Source: Octopus vulgaris
Taxonomy: Eukaryota
Direction: 5' to 3'
Assembly (NCBI GenBank): GCA_951406725.2
Contig: OX597824.1
Coordinates: 2,046,001-2,110,000, forward strand
DNA length: 64,000 bases
Position 1 is the stretch's first letter. Each line of letters opens with the position of its first letter. The notes beneath the pieces are model-generated. The model worked only from the letters and a program-made list of their open reading frames with translations, was not told the origin of the DNA and made no database searches. A program made the translations under genes and the position numbers. Positions 1 to 14,219 of this stretch are shown here, piece by piece.

Positions 1-2512
1 ATGTTAAAAAGTGTATATTACTATTTCGTTTACTTGTATACGTAACTCTGATTACTCAGAGAATACTTAGTTCATACTCCCATATGGCTTCAATATTGTT
101 GTATTCGTAATTTGAGTTGGTTATTGTTTTTTGTTTAGTTTTGGAGTGGTATTTATGAATAAAATTATCTTCATTGGTTTCTAGGAATTGTTCATCATCT
201 GTCCAGGGGAAAATATATAATGGTCTTCTTTGACAGGGGTCACAGAGCCATAAAGGCTAGGAACTTCTACAGTAGACAATCTATTAATAACACTCATTGA
301 GTGGTTGAAATACATTATGAATCGGTTGTAATATGAAGTAACAAATATATGTAATCATTCTTGGTCAATAGTATTAAAAGAGATCAAAGAATTTTGTGTT
401 TTTTTGTTTTCATTTCATTGCACTGATGTCAATACAGAAATTTATATTGATTTTCATTTTTGATCTTCAGAGAAGGTTAGGTTTATGAAAAATTTATTTT
501 CTAAATCTTTTTAAATAAAATATCACAAGAATATTTAGAAAGTATATCTGCTACCCGCGAAAAAAATATAAAATTATATAAAATAACATGTTTTCAGTTT
601 TTATTAAAGTTAAGTTAATTTCAGTATAATGATGTATAAAAACATTTCGCAACTTACAGTTATTGAACAGGGGAGGAAAAATGGGTAAATTGTTATATAT
701 CGATTGATTTCCTACAGAGAAACAAAACTAATTTTTAGAGAGAATGATTATGTTCGATAGTTAAAAGAACTCCAATATTTTTGTTATCCAATACGTAGAG
801 ACAAGTATGTAAGTTGAGTCAACGCTTGTTGTTTATAACCGCAGGAATTATGTAGCTGAATCGAAAATTCTATAATTCCTTTAGTTCTGTGCTCTGCTGC
901 CTATCCTACTTTTGTAACTAGGAAATACCATATATTACCATTTTCCTATGAAACATTTTATGCTACGGCATTGTTCAATGATTTTATATTAGTTTCTTCA
1001 GATTATTTCAATCAGTTTATGCAGAAATCCTCTTCCGAGCCATATCACATTCGGTGCAATTATATAATCTGTAACTAAATATAGTAATTATAAAGAAATT
1101 TAATATTAATTCAAAAGAGTGGATGTCTTAAATAAGCTCTCATTACACTATAATTACAATCTTGATTTCTTTTACATAACTAATGTATATATTCAATTGT
1201 AGTGTTTTCTAGTCAATTCGCGATGCAAATCATTAAACATTTTGTAAATGTCTGTGAATAATAAAGCCATTGCTAGTTGCAAATGGCTAAATTCTTCGTT
1301 CTTGGTTAAGTATTTCATAACTAAGGACTTTATCCTTTTTTTGTATACTAGAGTTTAGGATGTGTATACATTTCGCCAAGATTTCAACATCAGCTTACCT
1401 AAGAGTATCTCGAGATAATTTTGATTATTTTGTATAAATATAAATATCTATCCTTATATATTGTATCGCAGGATTATTAGAATAGAAAGAATAACGGTTT
1501 TTTTATCAAAGTAATTGTCTAGTCTAACAGAATCCGAAGCACCTTGTTTTATGTAAAACGGAGCATTTTTCATTAAATTCGATATTGGCAAATTTCGCGA
1601 TTGACTAGAGATGTTTATCGTAATCTTTATATACATTTTAAGGTTTTATAATATAATGTTTCAGAAAATGTTACTTTTCCTTATTTTGCATGTAAGTTGA
1701 TATATTCTATTAAAAATAGTATTAATCACATATGAGTGTGAATATATAAATATTACTCTCAGAGTGTTTCGTTTCTGATAGATATTGCCATAAATTTCTA
1801 ATACGGTTATTCAAATAACAATATATTTTTTTGTAATGCAAGTATTCGAATAGCAAGATATTTTTTCCAGTACTGTCATTCTGTTGGGTCAAGATCTATT
1901 CAGAGTAAACTTGGCACCTATCGATTAAACCAACCTCAATATGATATATTGTTTAACACACGACAGAGTAGATGCTAGCAGAAGACAAAATTCATGAAAT
2001 TATCAACAAAATGAATAGCAAAGCCAAAGTGAATATTCATTACCAAATGTATAATTTGCCGAGGACATATTTTTCTAGGACCTTGGTTCAAAATATATTA
2101 ACAGCATCCGTTGGGAAAATATTTGTATGGAAAGTATGGTTACTGAGCACGGTTCATGAAGTTACACCTCTATATTACATTCCATTGCAAGATGCGATTT
2201 TAATATTTCTTTTATTTTACTTTTTTTCCTGATAGTGAGTTATATGAAACATTATTGAGGATAAGTACTAAAATGTATCGAATATATTAATAGAACATGC
2301 TTATTATTATATTTCGATTTGCACATTAATATATATTCGTCTCGGAGGGCCTCTGGGTAGACATGATTATAGACATAACTGATGCGCGATTTAGTTTCAG
2401 GTTTCAGATTTTATTTTAGACAAAATTAATATTAGTTTGCTCTACTGCAGACGGAAATCGATATTTACTTGAGAAATGTCTCTTCATTATGTGTGCATGT
2501 AAGTGTGTATGT

Positions 2513-2700
2513 ATTTATGTACGTGTGTATGTATGTATGTATGTATGTATGTATGTATGTATGTATGTATGTATGTATGTATGTATGTATGTGTGTGTGC
2601 GTGTGTGTGTAAGTATAGTGCATATTTACACACAGAAAAACAAACACACACAAATACATACACACGCATGTATACAAGCACACACGCACTCATATATATG

Positions 2701-2737
<37 letters not shown>

Positions 2738-2760
2738 GGAGAGAGAGAGGGAGAGAGAGG
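2513..2760. repeat. Compound microsatellite (TATG)n/(TG)n/(TA)n/(GA)n
   Basis: Directly visible tandem repeats; they explain the ORFs at 2465-2886. Confidence 0.95.
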
Positions 2761-4609
2761 AGGCTACAGACACATACCTGTAAAGGGTGGTTGTTGTGCG
2801 TGTGTATGATGGAGACGTTAGAATGTCCTATGAGGGGACTAAAGAGTGAATCCCTGTTGATATTTAGCTCCGTACCTGCTAATTAAAATCTCACCAACGT
2901 CAAGATTGTCTTGTAAAACGTATAGGGTCAAACCAACACTAAATGCTAATCCATTATTTGCAGGGATTGATTTAGGTGACCATGGCCATGTGCAATTATT
3001 CCATTTCATGACATAAGTTCAACTAAAGTGAAATTAAATCAATTTTCTTTCTATGTAACACCGCTAGTGTTAAATTGCACGACACCTTTAAAAAGGCATT
3101 GGGTAGAAATATCCCAGTTATAAATGGCGGAATTATAAGTTATTGAGTGCTACTTTTAGCGTAACGCGAAAACTGTGATGACTGAAGCAGTTCTATGTAA
3201 ATGCAAAGATGCTTCAATGTCCGTATTACTTTCAATCTAAACAATATTAAGCAAAATATTAACGAACCATTGTTATCACATTTCAAGATAGACATTTAGT
3301 TATGAATACAACCAATACCACGAAGACAGAGTTTTAATAATGGTTGCTGATAGAACATGAAATATTACATAAAGGATTTATGTATTTGTGTCTTAATATA
3401 ATTTGTGTGCAAGTCTAATAATATTTATTTTATTAGCTTTTTACGATGCAGTTGTCTATTGAATACGTATTATATATACGGAGAGATACAACACAGACAC
3501 GCAAAGATATTTGCTTTGTGTGTGTGATTGTATTTCTATATACCTGTGTGTTATGTCGATAACCTAAGTAAACGGAAATACTAGCATTAAAGAAAATTCT
3601 TAGAGAAGCATGCTCTGCATGTATTGAGGGCTTTCTCCACAGGAATCCTAATGAAGTCATGATCCCAAAAATGTTCCCAGATAATTTGGGACTTTTCAGT
3701 AATAATTGAGTAAGTGCGAATTTTTCGCCCGTAGAAAATAGTACAAAGAAATTAATGGACGACATTTGATTGAACGCCATCTTTCTGGAAGATACATTAG
3801 TCTTTATTTCGGTTGTGTAGTTCGTCCTTCTCTCATTTACGCTTTGTCTCCTTTAATCTTCCTTTTTGACGCGAGCAGAATGTCTGTGTTGGTCTGTTAA
3901 ACAGGATAATGAAAACATAAATGCTTCGTCCAACCAATCTTACTGTATTGAGTGTTATCATCCGGGTTTTAAAAGAAATAAAAATTAATACCTAAAAGGT
4001 ATTTTGCACCATAATTAAACATGTCACATTTAAAGTCAAACGTAATTCATCATTATTCGTGTACTTTTGTTTTGATCCGAAGTTGAAATGCATTTTGTTT
4101 TTTAACAAAACAGTGATGGCCAATGAAGGAAACTTTTGTGTAAACTGTTCACAAGTCATCTATCGATTTCTAGTTGTTGGTGATTGTCAATTATTTCTTA
4201 CGCGCAGGTTAAACGTGTTACTTCCTCTCTTCACCTACAAATAAACCTGGATAGAGTTGCAGCGATTCCTTGTTTGCGTTGATGTAAATAAGTGTCCTTT
4301 GAATTCTATGTAATTGTTTAAAGTATGATTTATGGAGAAGTAAACTAGATCTATTATATCTTATCCACTTTCCTTCCTTTTTGAAGTCATCTGTATTTGA
4401 GAATTTCATGAAAGTATTTAAGTTCTTAATTTATAATTTAACTTTTTGGCTCTGTATAATATTTAACAAGCGCTTCCCAACTTTATTACAGATACTAAAA
4501 TTGATGGAATGTGAATAAAAAAGCAGATAATAAATTAAAGTGATCAAAATGTCTGGACTAATATATACACAGATGCAAACAATGACTTAAGATATCAAGA
4601 TTCAGTTTG

Positions 4610-4845
4610 CTCAATACACACACAAATGCACATACATACACACAAACACATCGCACACGTACGCACGCGCGTACATACACAAACGACACGGGCTTCCTTC
4701 AGTTTCCGTTGACCTAATCTACTCACAAGAATCGGTCGACTAGAGTCTATCGTAGAAGACACTTTCTCAATATGTCGCACAGTGAGATTAAATGCGGAGT
4801 CATGTTTTAGAGAAGCAAGTTTCTTACCACACCACCGCACCTGCA
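4610..4845 (-). mobile_element. Decayed SINE, family 2 (CORE-like tRNA SINE)
   Basis: Diverged match to the 60875-61293 copy (gggcttccttcagtttccgt, gtagaagacactt, cttaccacaccacc). Confidence 0.6.
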
Positions 4846-5829
4846 CATATATGCGCATGCGTGTATGTGCGCACGTCTATGTGTATTTATATGTGTAAAG
4901 AAAACATAACGAGTGAAGACACATTATCAGGTTTACACGTGTTTCGAATAGCTTGGCCCATTGCTATGCGTATTTAATTGATTCAGTATTAGATCGATTA
5001 ATGAGCCTGATGCACAGCGCAGCGAACTATCAAGTTATTGTTCTGAAAGCTAAGAAGCTGTCGCTAAAATGTTTATATATTGAAATAATGTGCGAAGATG
5101 TCAAAAAGCTATATATATACCAGACCGCAGCATTCATTTTATTGCCAGTTTTCGGTCCATGTTCAAGGAAGGTATAGGTTATCAGATTATCTTAGTTTAA
5201 TTAGAAAGAAGAATTTTTAATAAATGATACAGTGACTAAACAATTAGTTCTAGTACGAGGCAGCTTGTAAATAGCTGTTAATGCATACGAAGAGTATGCA
5301 TTAGTAAGAGGAAGTTACTAAGGAATACGAATCTGTCTATTTGTATCATGTTGCGATAATTAAATAGTAGTTGTATTTGGGAAAACTTGGAATGTTGGAC
5401 TTAATGAATGTGAGCAATGCAGAATAAATTTATTATGCTAATTTATTAGATTAGAGCCGCATCTAAGAATTTGCAGTGCTTCCTTGAGGCACAAACTACG
5501 TCTAAAATGCCCTCCGTTATATGGCTGGGCGCTATCTTCCATACACTATTGTATAGATCATATACTATTCTCCCTGAGGCTCCAAACAAACTTAATAATG
5601 TATGGTGGTATTCTTTAGTTATATATTTAAATAAAGTCTTTCGATTATGTATTCGAGATTTGAATTTCGTTGCACAAGCACCTACGCATGATGCATTTTC
5701 ATGCGTTGTTACAGAGCACTTGTAAATTACATCTTTTGTTTGGCATTGGTTAGAAACACTTTTGACGCATCCAATAATTAAAACATTGGTTTCGTCTGTT
5801 ATTATATGAGCTTGTATTCACTAGGTTTA

Positions 5830-6470
5830 TATACTTGTTAGCCCTAATATGAGATGAGATAACTGCCCCTCCCCAATATCACGTCCAGACAGGTTTCCCA
5901 TACAAACACACATTTCATCCAAACTACATATCCCCGACACATTACTTGTAAACACAAATTGTTTGTTACTAACATAATATGGAGTAGCTATATGGACACA
6001 GATCTCCACCTCTGAGACAATTTTCCACAAAGATCACATTCACCATTTTAGCAAGAGAGTAATCGTTGAGAGATGTCCTAACCGAAGCGCTTGTGCACTT
6101 CTGTATGGTCTCTTGGATCCCAACTCGTACAGGCTTTACCGAAACGAACCTTGTGGAAGATTTCATGTGGCGAGTCACGACTAATTTGCAGAGAACATAC
6201 TCCCTTATCGATGGTTATTCGTCGGCTCCCTAGACTCATCTCCCGAACTTGTTAACTCATCACCTCATTGGTGGGGATTGATGGGATCCGTGCTCCCCCT
6301 TCGTGCTCTTGATCCATTCATCCCATTTCTGCTGGGTAGAGCGCTGTCCTCGTAGTGTACTAAATGTCTGCGATGAATTTCAGTCCCTGACACATATTCA
6401 GACTGAGAGGAATCAGATATCTGCGCTCTGTTCTTCCTCGGTGTGCACTAGCAGCGGAGATGTTCTATAT
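5830..6470 (-). pseudogene. Very decayed L1/Tx1-like reverse transcriptase fragment
   Basis: Minus-strand peptide LRGGDLCPYSYSIL resembles the RT motif LRQGDPLSPYLFIL; GC is higher than the flanks; many stops and frameshifts. Confidence 0.35.
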
Positions 6471-6776
6471 CTGTTCTGTAACGCAAGAAAGAAAGAAACT
6501 GGAAAGATCCAGGTCAAATCTCGGTTGCGTAACCACAAGCCTACCACTTTTCAAAATGCAAGCGCTGAAGACAGTATATATATATATGTCTGTAAATATA
6601 ATATGTGACAATTATTTCGTAGCCATGATAAAACTCCGAGTTTCGGATGCCGAGGTGGAAAACCCCGCCACCATCTCTTCAGTTATCCAGCCATCGGAAA
6701 AATGCTATGAAAAAATTTACAGATAAATTCCTCTATTTACATAATATCGAGGTCTCTCTCTTTCTTTTGTTGTCTT

Positions 6777-6827
<51 letters not shown>

Positions 6828-6834
6828 GTATAGT

Positions 6835-7040
6835 CACCATGATAGATCGTTAGCCACTACACACATTCTTTTTCTCTCCCTTTTTTCTCTCCTTGACTTT
6901 TTCTGTGTCCCTTTCTGTAGAAGAGCGAAGACTCAAAACGTAACATGCTTTTTCTATTCCTGAACATTATACTAATACATTTGTTTGTTTTGTACACCAC
7001 CTGTCTTCGTCTTTTGGGTTTTTTTTCGTAAACTCTCCCT
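6835..7040 (+). mobile_element. Penelope-like pLTR fragment (family F, copy 1) with degenerate minimal hammerhead
   Basis: Homologous to 41361-41910 and 61805-62265 (both minus). Motif cttt-CTGTAGA-A-gagcgaagactc-AAAA-cg-TA at 6911-6942, with GAAA mutated. Flanked by (TA)n on both sides. Confidence 0.65.
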
Positions 7041-7092
7041 CTCTATATATATATATATACAATAATCCTACAGCTTTTAGATATACTTGTCT

Positions 7093-7296
7093 ATTCTAGG
7101 CACAAGATCCAAAATATTGAGGAGGGCGCCAGTCGATCAAATCGACCCCAGTACGCAACTGGTACTTAATTTATCGACTCCGAAATTATGAAAGGCAAAG
7201 TCGACCTAGGCGAAATTTGAACTCAGAACGTAAAGCCAGACGAAATAACGCTAAGAATTAGCCCAGCGTGCTAACGTTTCTGCCAGCTCGCCGCCT
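7093..7296 (-). mobile_element. tRNA-derived SINE, family 1
   Basis: Reverse complement of the head ggcggcgagctggcagaa..gttagcacg..gttctgagttcaaatt (B-box-like) and the core gtcgactttgcctttcat..gtcgataaattaagtaccagtt; about 10 copies in the window. Confidence 0.9.
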
Positions 7297-7580
7297 TCTT
7301 CAGCTATTAGATATACATATATATACATGATTATGCACACAAACACACGTACATAGGTAAGCATATATGTATATGTGTGTGTTTGTTTGTGAGTGTGTGT
7401 GGAAAAACTTTTATATCATTGCTAATGATTCATTCGTCTTTGATATTAAAATTCCTTTGTTATTAAAAATCCTCGATTTTATTAGATCCTGTAAATAATT
7501 ATATTACCTTTAGCTTGGGAAACGACTCCCTTCCCCAACTCCTAGGCTATTTTAATTGTCATTCATGATATAACGATTAA

Positions 7581-7618
<38 letters not shown>

Positions 7619-9366
7619 GCGCATATTCCAAAATGCTAGTAGATGTGAGCCTCGTACGTTCTGATTTCTGTTTATAAAACTGCACACATTTAACACGTTA
7701 CATATTTAATTGAATGATTTTTAATTTCAGACATTTATTCACTACTTCAACTAAAATATCAAACACATCGTTTATTGTTGTGCACCGTCACTGCATGCTT
7801 AAAATAAATCGATCTTCCACGGAAGTTTTCCTATTGTCAAAACATATGCAAATTAATATATGAATGTCATTACATACATTTGTGTTTATAAGATAGAGCA
7901 ATCACCTATGGAGCATCGAAGTTGTAAAATAACACTCAGCGGGTTTAATCTTCTGGATTACGAGAGAACTGCTGATTGGCAAATACATGTTCAACACGAG
8001 GCTAGAATCGTTATTTCTTTGACGTGTTCATTTATTATATCTTCCATTTAATATATCTACGAAAAGTCGGTCATGCTGTAAACCGACAGTTTCTATGCCA
8101 ACTCTATGGAGCCCACCTCATTATACAATTCTTTTCCTTTCAGCACCACTTACCAATAGTGTCTCGTATTAAACTTTTTCTTTCACAGCTAAAATCCCTC
8201 TCTTTTCAAGCGCTTCTAACAAACACACGACTTCAACTTGACATTTATAGCAGTGACTACACCAGCTTTCAAACGTCTACAAATGCTATAAGATTGTTTC
8301 TTTTTCTCTGATGAACCGTTAATTAATGGGTGCTAAGTAAAGGAATAACTTCAGAATCAATGATTTATATATGAATACAGTGTATAATATTTGATACAAA
8401 GGACATTAATGTTACATTATAATTAATTTTCAACAATGAATGTTTTATTGATGAGAGAAAATTAAAAGGAAAGCTCATTGAAGTCTTCGCGGCCGTATGT
8501 CCCGTTAAGTCTGTATTATCACTTCCAATAAATATATTTATTTGAGAAATGGACATCATCTGTGAGAAAATCAGAAATTGTTACCCATTATTTTGTATTT
8601 AGAAACACGTACACATACCTGTCCAATTAAAGATCAAATCCATAAAAACTCATTCTAGAGATAAAATATTTCCTGCATCTCTCTACTAATCTGTAATAAT
8701 ATTTGGTATCATCACAGCGTGACGTAGCATGAAATATCGATTTTAAAGTTTGTTGTAAAGTTAAAAGCATTAAAGAGCGTATAAAACGAGAATGATATAC
8801 AAGTCAATAAATCGTGAGTATCACTAAATACCATAAAAATTCGATTAAAAGAAAATAAATGAAAATATTGACAATGTTTAGTATTTCACAGATATATGCT
8901 TGGCCTTTGCTGCTCATCCACCTACACTGGGTCAGCGAATGTGTTTACGAATGTGTGTCTGTTTACTGAGATTATATGAATGCTCGACAGTATTTTCTTT
9001 AACTGTATTGAGATTATATACTTGTTTTGATTCATGGTTCAAGAGAAATACACAGATGGACTCCATAAAATTCTTCTGAATGCTATGATGGTAGAGGGAA
9101 CTATATTATTGATAGTCTCACATTATGAAATGTCACGTTCATTGTAGGGCGAGATTTCCGGATAAGTCAATTAATGTGGCGATTAAAGATCTGTAGTATG
9201 GAAGTTACTGATCACTAGAAAAGTTGGTGAAGCGGCAGTATAAAATAAAATATGATCGACATCTGATGCGTGCTTTTTCATTTCTTTCACTCTAACTCAA
9301 TCTTTTAACTTTTATGAGGAAATTTGAAATATATTTAATCATCAAATACCGTATATGTATATATGT

Positions 9367-9455
<89 letters not shown>

Positions 9456-9534
9456 CATACATACATACATATCTGAGCATACATTTTTACGTATACATAG
9501 CCTTTTGACTATGATCAAAGTGTATTACATAATG

Positions 9535-9631
<97 letters not shown>

Positions 9632-9639
9632 ATATAAAC

Positions 9640-9999
9640 TCGACTTCGTCGGTCACGAATGACTCTGGGTACTCCTAAGAGGTTACCCTCCGGGGTACAA
9701 GTCTGGTCGAAAAGTCATCTCAACGACAAACGTACAACCTAGGGTTGTTTTTATTGCAGACTAGCAATCGCCCATCCATACCAGCCTCCCCTATTCACGC
9801 CATTGATGCTCTCCGAGAGAAAGCGAAAGGCTGATGCAGGTTGGCACCAGTGACGTCACAACTCATTTCTACAGCTGAGCAAACAGGAGCAACGTGAAAT
9901 GAAGTGTCTTGCTCAAGGACACAACACGTAGCCCGGTCCGCGGATCCAACACACAACCTGACGATCGTAAGTTCGACTCTCTGACCACTGGGACACGTA

Positions 10000-10001
<2 letters not shown>
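9640..10001 (-). mobile_element. tRNA-derived SINE, family 3
   Basis: Minus strand reads cccagtggtcagagagtcgaac..tgtgtccttgagcaagacacttcatttcacgttgctcc; second copy at 52325-52640. Confidence 0.75.
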
Positions 10002-10058
<57 letters not shown>

Positions 10059-10064
10059 TGTATG

Positions 10065-10111
<47 letters not shown>

Positions 10112-10430
10112 ATATCTGTGTGTATGTATATATATATATGTGTGTATATATATGTATATATATGTATATATATATATATATATGTGTGTATATATATGTA
10201 TGTATGTATTTGTGTATATATATATATATGTATGTATATATACATATATATATACATGTATATATATGTATATATATATATATATGCATGTATATATATG
10301 TATATATTTTTATATATATGTATCTACCAAACAGTTTCTATATCTGTTTCTCTCCCCCTCTCTATGTTTCTCTCTTCCTATCTCCCTCTCGCTTTCTTTC
10401 TCTCACTCTCTCTCTCTCTCACACTCACTC
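10002..10430. repeat. Degenerate (TA)n/(TG)n and (TC)n microsatellite block
   Basis: Directly visible. Confidence 0.95.
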
Positions 10431-10614
10431 TGGCTATATAGAACTCTTCTCTCTAGAATGAAGGTGGGAAAAGGAAATACCTACGCTAGACTATTGAAAT
10501 CTACAGTTGCATTATACCAGTAATTATCAGGGCACTGGTATATGTAACACACTGCCTAAATACCAATATTGAGAAATTACGCTTCGAAAAAGCAGAAGGG
10601 AAAGAGCAGATTCG

Positions 10615-10885
10615 GAGACTACAGATCCAATCCATCACTGGAACTGTAAAAATCTGTAAAACTTTCTAGAAGTTTTTGATTATATATGACCATGTCTAGA
10701 CATGCAAGTTTTTTCATGAGAAGACATACATAAAACAAAACATACAAATCTGCACATATGTATTCAAATATGCATACAAAAATACCCTGTTGTTGATGTC
10801 GAAATTCCATTGAAGAAGCCTTGGATCTAGGTTAGAAACCAGGTCTTTCTCTAATGGCAAGCAATCTTGAAATAAAACTGAATAA
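10615..10885 (+). mobile_element. Old Penelope-like pLTR fragment with degenerate hammerhead-like motif
   Basis: TTGAAGA-agcct-tggatct-aggtt-a-GAAA-ccagg-TC at 10810-10845, followed by AATAAA and a (TACA)n tract. Confidence 0.35.
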
Positions 10886-13270
10886 TGACATTAATACATA
10901 CGTACATACATACATACACATACATGCATACAGATTTAAATTATAAATTTAAAATACAAATAAGTTTTCGTAGACAGAGAAAGAGAGTGAAGAGGAGATT
11001 ATTACATGAGGATTTAAGATCGATTGAAATTATTCTAATACAAAATATATTTTATGCTTCTGTGCGTGTTTAGTTCAATCTAAGCAACACCAATGATAAT
11101 TCAAAACAAATAATACTTCCATTATTATTATCTCTCTACTTTCAGTCAATACTTTCCAACACGCAGTAATTTGTATATATATATTAAAATATTTTTTTTA
11201 GTATATTTGGCAATATTATAGACTGCAGCGGTAAGTAATTTGCTCAGCATATACTATTGGGTCGTCTGGAAAGACCGTGCGATAGTTCTGTTTTTAAATG
11301 CATCGCAAAACACTTGTAAGCTTGGTACGACTAATCTGTTGGAATCGCTTTGAACGTTGTAACATACAGGTTACGTCTCACATAAAAAAGTGAGTATATC
11401 TCTTATTTGTATCCGCCCTTATCAAGTTCAGAATTGGAGAAAGAAGAAATGCATTTTAGTCACGTAGGGGAAAACACAGCAAAAACATCTTAAACCGTTT
11501 TTGAGGCATTCGGTGAATGTGTTGTAGCGTAAAAGGCGCAAGTCGCTCTGGAAGACCTTCAGATTTAGACAACAATCTTATTACTTGAAAATTGACGCCC
11601 ACACAAAAGGTGGCATTTACAATTATACTGTTGTCATACTGCTAATCATATGGTTTATTTGAGATCAGACATAATCGAACAGCTACATCCGTGAACACTC
11701 ATTAATATTTCCGAATAAATTATTAAGTGCATATATATAGTATTCCTTTCTGAAAGTAGCTCGGTGTAATTGAAAGGATATTTGGCAGCTAGCAGTTCTT
11801 AGCAAAGCGGTGACCATTTCCTGAAGCACAATTTACTTCCTTGCTATATTTGTCTTGATGATTATCATGCTGTTTAGCTTCTTGTCAGCCTCGGTGGACC
11901 ATACCTATAACCAAAGATATTTAGGCTATAACTACCATCGAATCTTTTCGGATATCTGGGTTAAGAATTTTAAATGTGTCCTCTTTTGAGATGTGGTCTA
12001 AGAGAGATTTGACCGCTATTATTTCTAGCAGTCAATTCTGTCAACTGTATAGAGGCAACGTCATTTATTCTGTGATGGTTTCATAGTTCTTCCTCTTCAA
12101 TTTGATTTTATTGAGAATTTTTGGTATTATTGCTTAATGATTTTAACCATTGTATTAAGGGATTAACACCTGATTTTATAAATATTCAACATTTAAAGCG
12201 GAAGCCTCAAGGAACTGCCAGAATTAACGTGAAATTTGGTGTTCAGGAATGTATTAAATGTGGCAAAACATTGAAGGAATTTCTATGCGGTTGCGCAACC
12301 TGCCAAGTGTTGCAAAAAATTCCTTTAAATTGTATTGGTCTGGCATAAAACAAATGTATTGTATAACTATAAGTTTTCTTTATGAGATTATAACATTGTT
12401 CGCTAAATGAGTTATTGCATCTGTTCGATCATGGCTGACTTAAGCTGAGAAGCGTCAACTTAAACATAGGAAAATTTATGCAGACGACATATTGATCACG
12501 TGTTTACATAGAGATAATAATATGTTGGAGAGTCAAAAATATAAAACACAATCATATTGCGAAATAAAAGTTGAAGGCTTACATGACTATCCGATCAGCG
12601 CGAAAGAGCAGCTAGATCTTTCTCAAATTAAACCACGACTTCTTAAAATGAGATGGAATGATCAAAGGGTGATAGAGTAGGAGATATTTTTGAGAAAAAT
12701 ATATTTAGACAATACAGTGAACACAGCAGGGATGTTTTGATCATACAATTAATAAATCACAAACGGCCCTGGTTCAGCCTCAACAAAAATAACAAAAAAT
12801 AAAAACATTGTGTTGATGGAATTTCGTAGACTTTTCTTTTCTTTACAAAATACAATACAAAAGAAACAAGTTGTTTGCGCCGCACAAAAGAGATTTTAAA
12901 AGAGAATTTGTTGTTAATTTATTCTCGGTAACATAGCGCTGATTTCAAAAATATGGATGTTCAGTCAAATTTACAGACATGTTTCATTAATGATTTATCA
13001 AGGAATATAATCAACATTTTTTTAAGGAGAGGTTTATAAATTTAGTTGACAGAAAATTTCCGATTTGAACTAATTAGTTTAAATTAGAAATAAAAAAAAT
13101 ATCGAGAGAATAAAAACTGCGTAAATGTGAGTATAGGAATATATCTAGATATGAGAAATGATTGAACACGTATACATACACCGACTTCTGTATGTTCTAC
13201 ACATAAAGTATGTATGTTGATGTATATATATACTAACGCACATCCGAACATATGGGAGCGAGTGCGCCCG

Positions 13271-13306
<36 letters not shown>

Positions 13307-13691
13307 AAGAGAGAGAGAGAGAGAAGGAAGTTTAAGAGACATATTTGGATATAGATGTATACATTAAACGAAAAGAGAAAAACCGAATACATTGAAAAAA
13401 TATTTTAGTTGAACAGAAGATTCTTCGTTGATTAATGGATACAAAATGCCAAAAGGCCTGTCTTTTCGTTACATAAATTCTGGTTACAGAATTCCATATG
13501 TATAACTACTAATTTTGCTCTGGTGAATAGTCGGATAAGTTTTAACAATTTCACAAACTAAGAACGATAAGTATTTTTCAGAGAATGCCAGCACATACGC
13601 GTTCTCATCCCATTCGCTAATCTCGTTGATGCTTCCACTATTTCAACTGACTTTGCCTTTTATGGACCTTACCATACCTGCTTTCATCAAA

Positions 13692-13748
<57 letters not shown>

Positions 13749-14172
13749 ATACAACTGGCCTGTATCTTGTTTTCTGCTTCACTTCACTGCCGGTCTTATT
13801 TTTGTTCATATTTTTGCTCATGGACTTATACGGTATTTTGTTCTTCCTTATAACATCACTACTTTCTTTGGCTTCTACAGTATTACTAATCCGTATAATG
13901 TATTTGATTTTTAATTGTTATTACGGCCTTTGGACTTAAGTATTAGCTTTTTGTGATATACATTATTCTTCTACACCCTGGAACGAATGTAATATATTCA
14001 TGAAACTGGTCTTTTTAGAAAAGACATCATTTTATACTGTAGCTCGAGCAGCAAAAGCCTTAGTCAAATCGCTTGACTATTATCGTAGAAGCGTAGGAGA
14101 GAAGCGCGTTTTTTGCTAGTCCTAGATACACAGCAATCACAAAAGAATGTGTGCGTTTCATTAAGGACTCAC

Positions 14173-14219
14173 TCGTATCACCAACGTCTTTTGACAATTC
14201 GTACAGGGTCCATACGGCT
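14173..14219 (-). other. Candidate 47-nt internal exon of an unidentified host gene
   Basis: Minus strand has a strong polypyrimidine acceptor (ttctttcatttttccttttgtag) and a GTGAGT donor; open frames give (E)PYGPCTNCQKTLVIR or (R)AVWTLYELSKDVGDT. Confidence 0.35.

Noticed and set aside
11256-11620. Possible mariner-derived MITE
   Set aside because: Only faint TIR-like and HTH-like traces; ends could not be defined.
13970-14020. cctggaac-gaat..attc-at-GAAA-ctgg-TC, hammerhead-like
   Set aside because: Core lacks CUGAnGA and stem I is not adjacent; could be a very old remnant but is not supportable.
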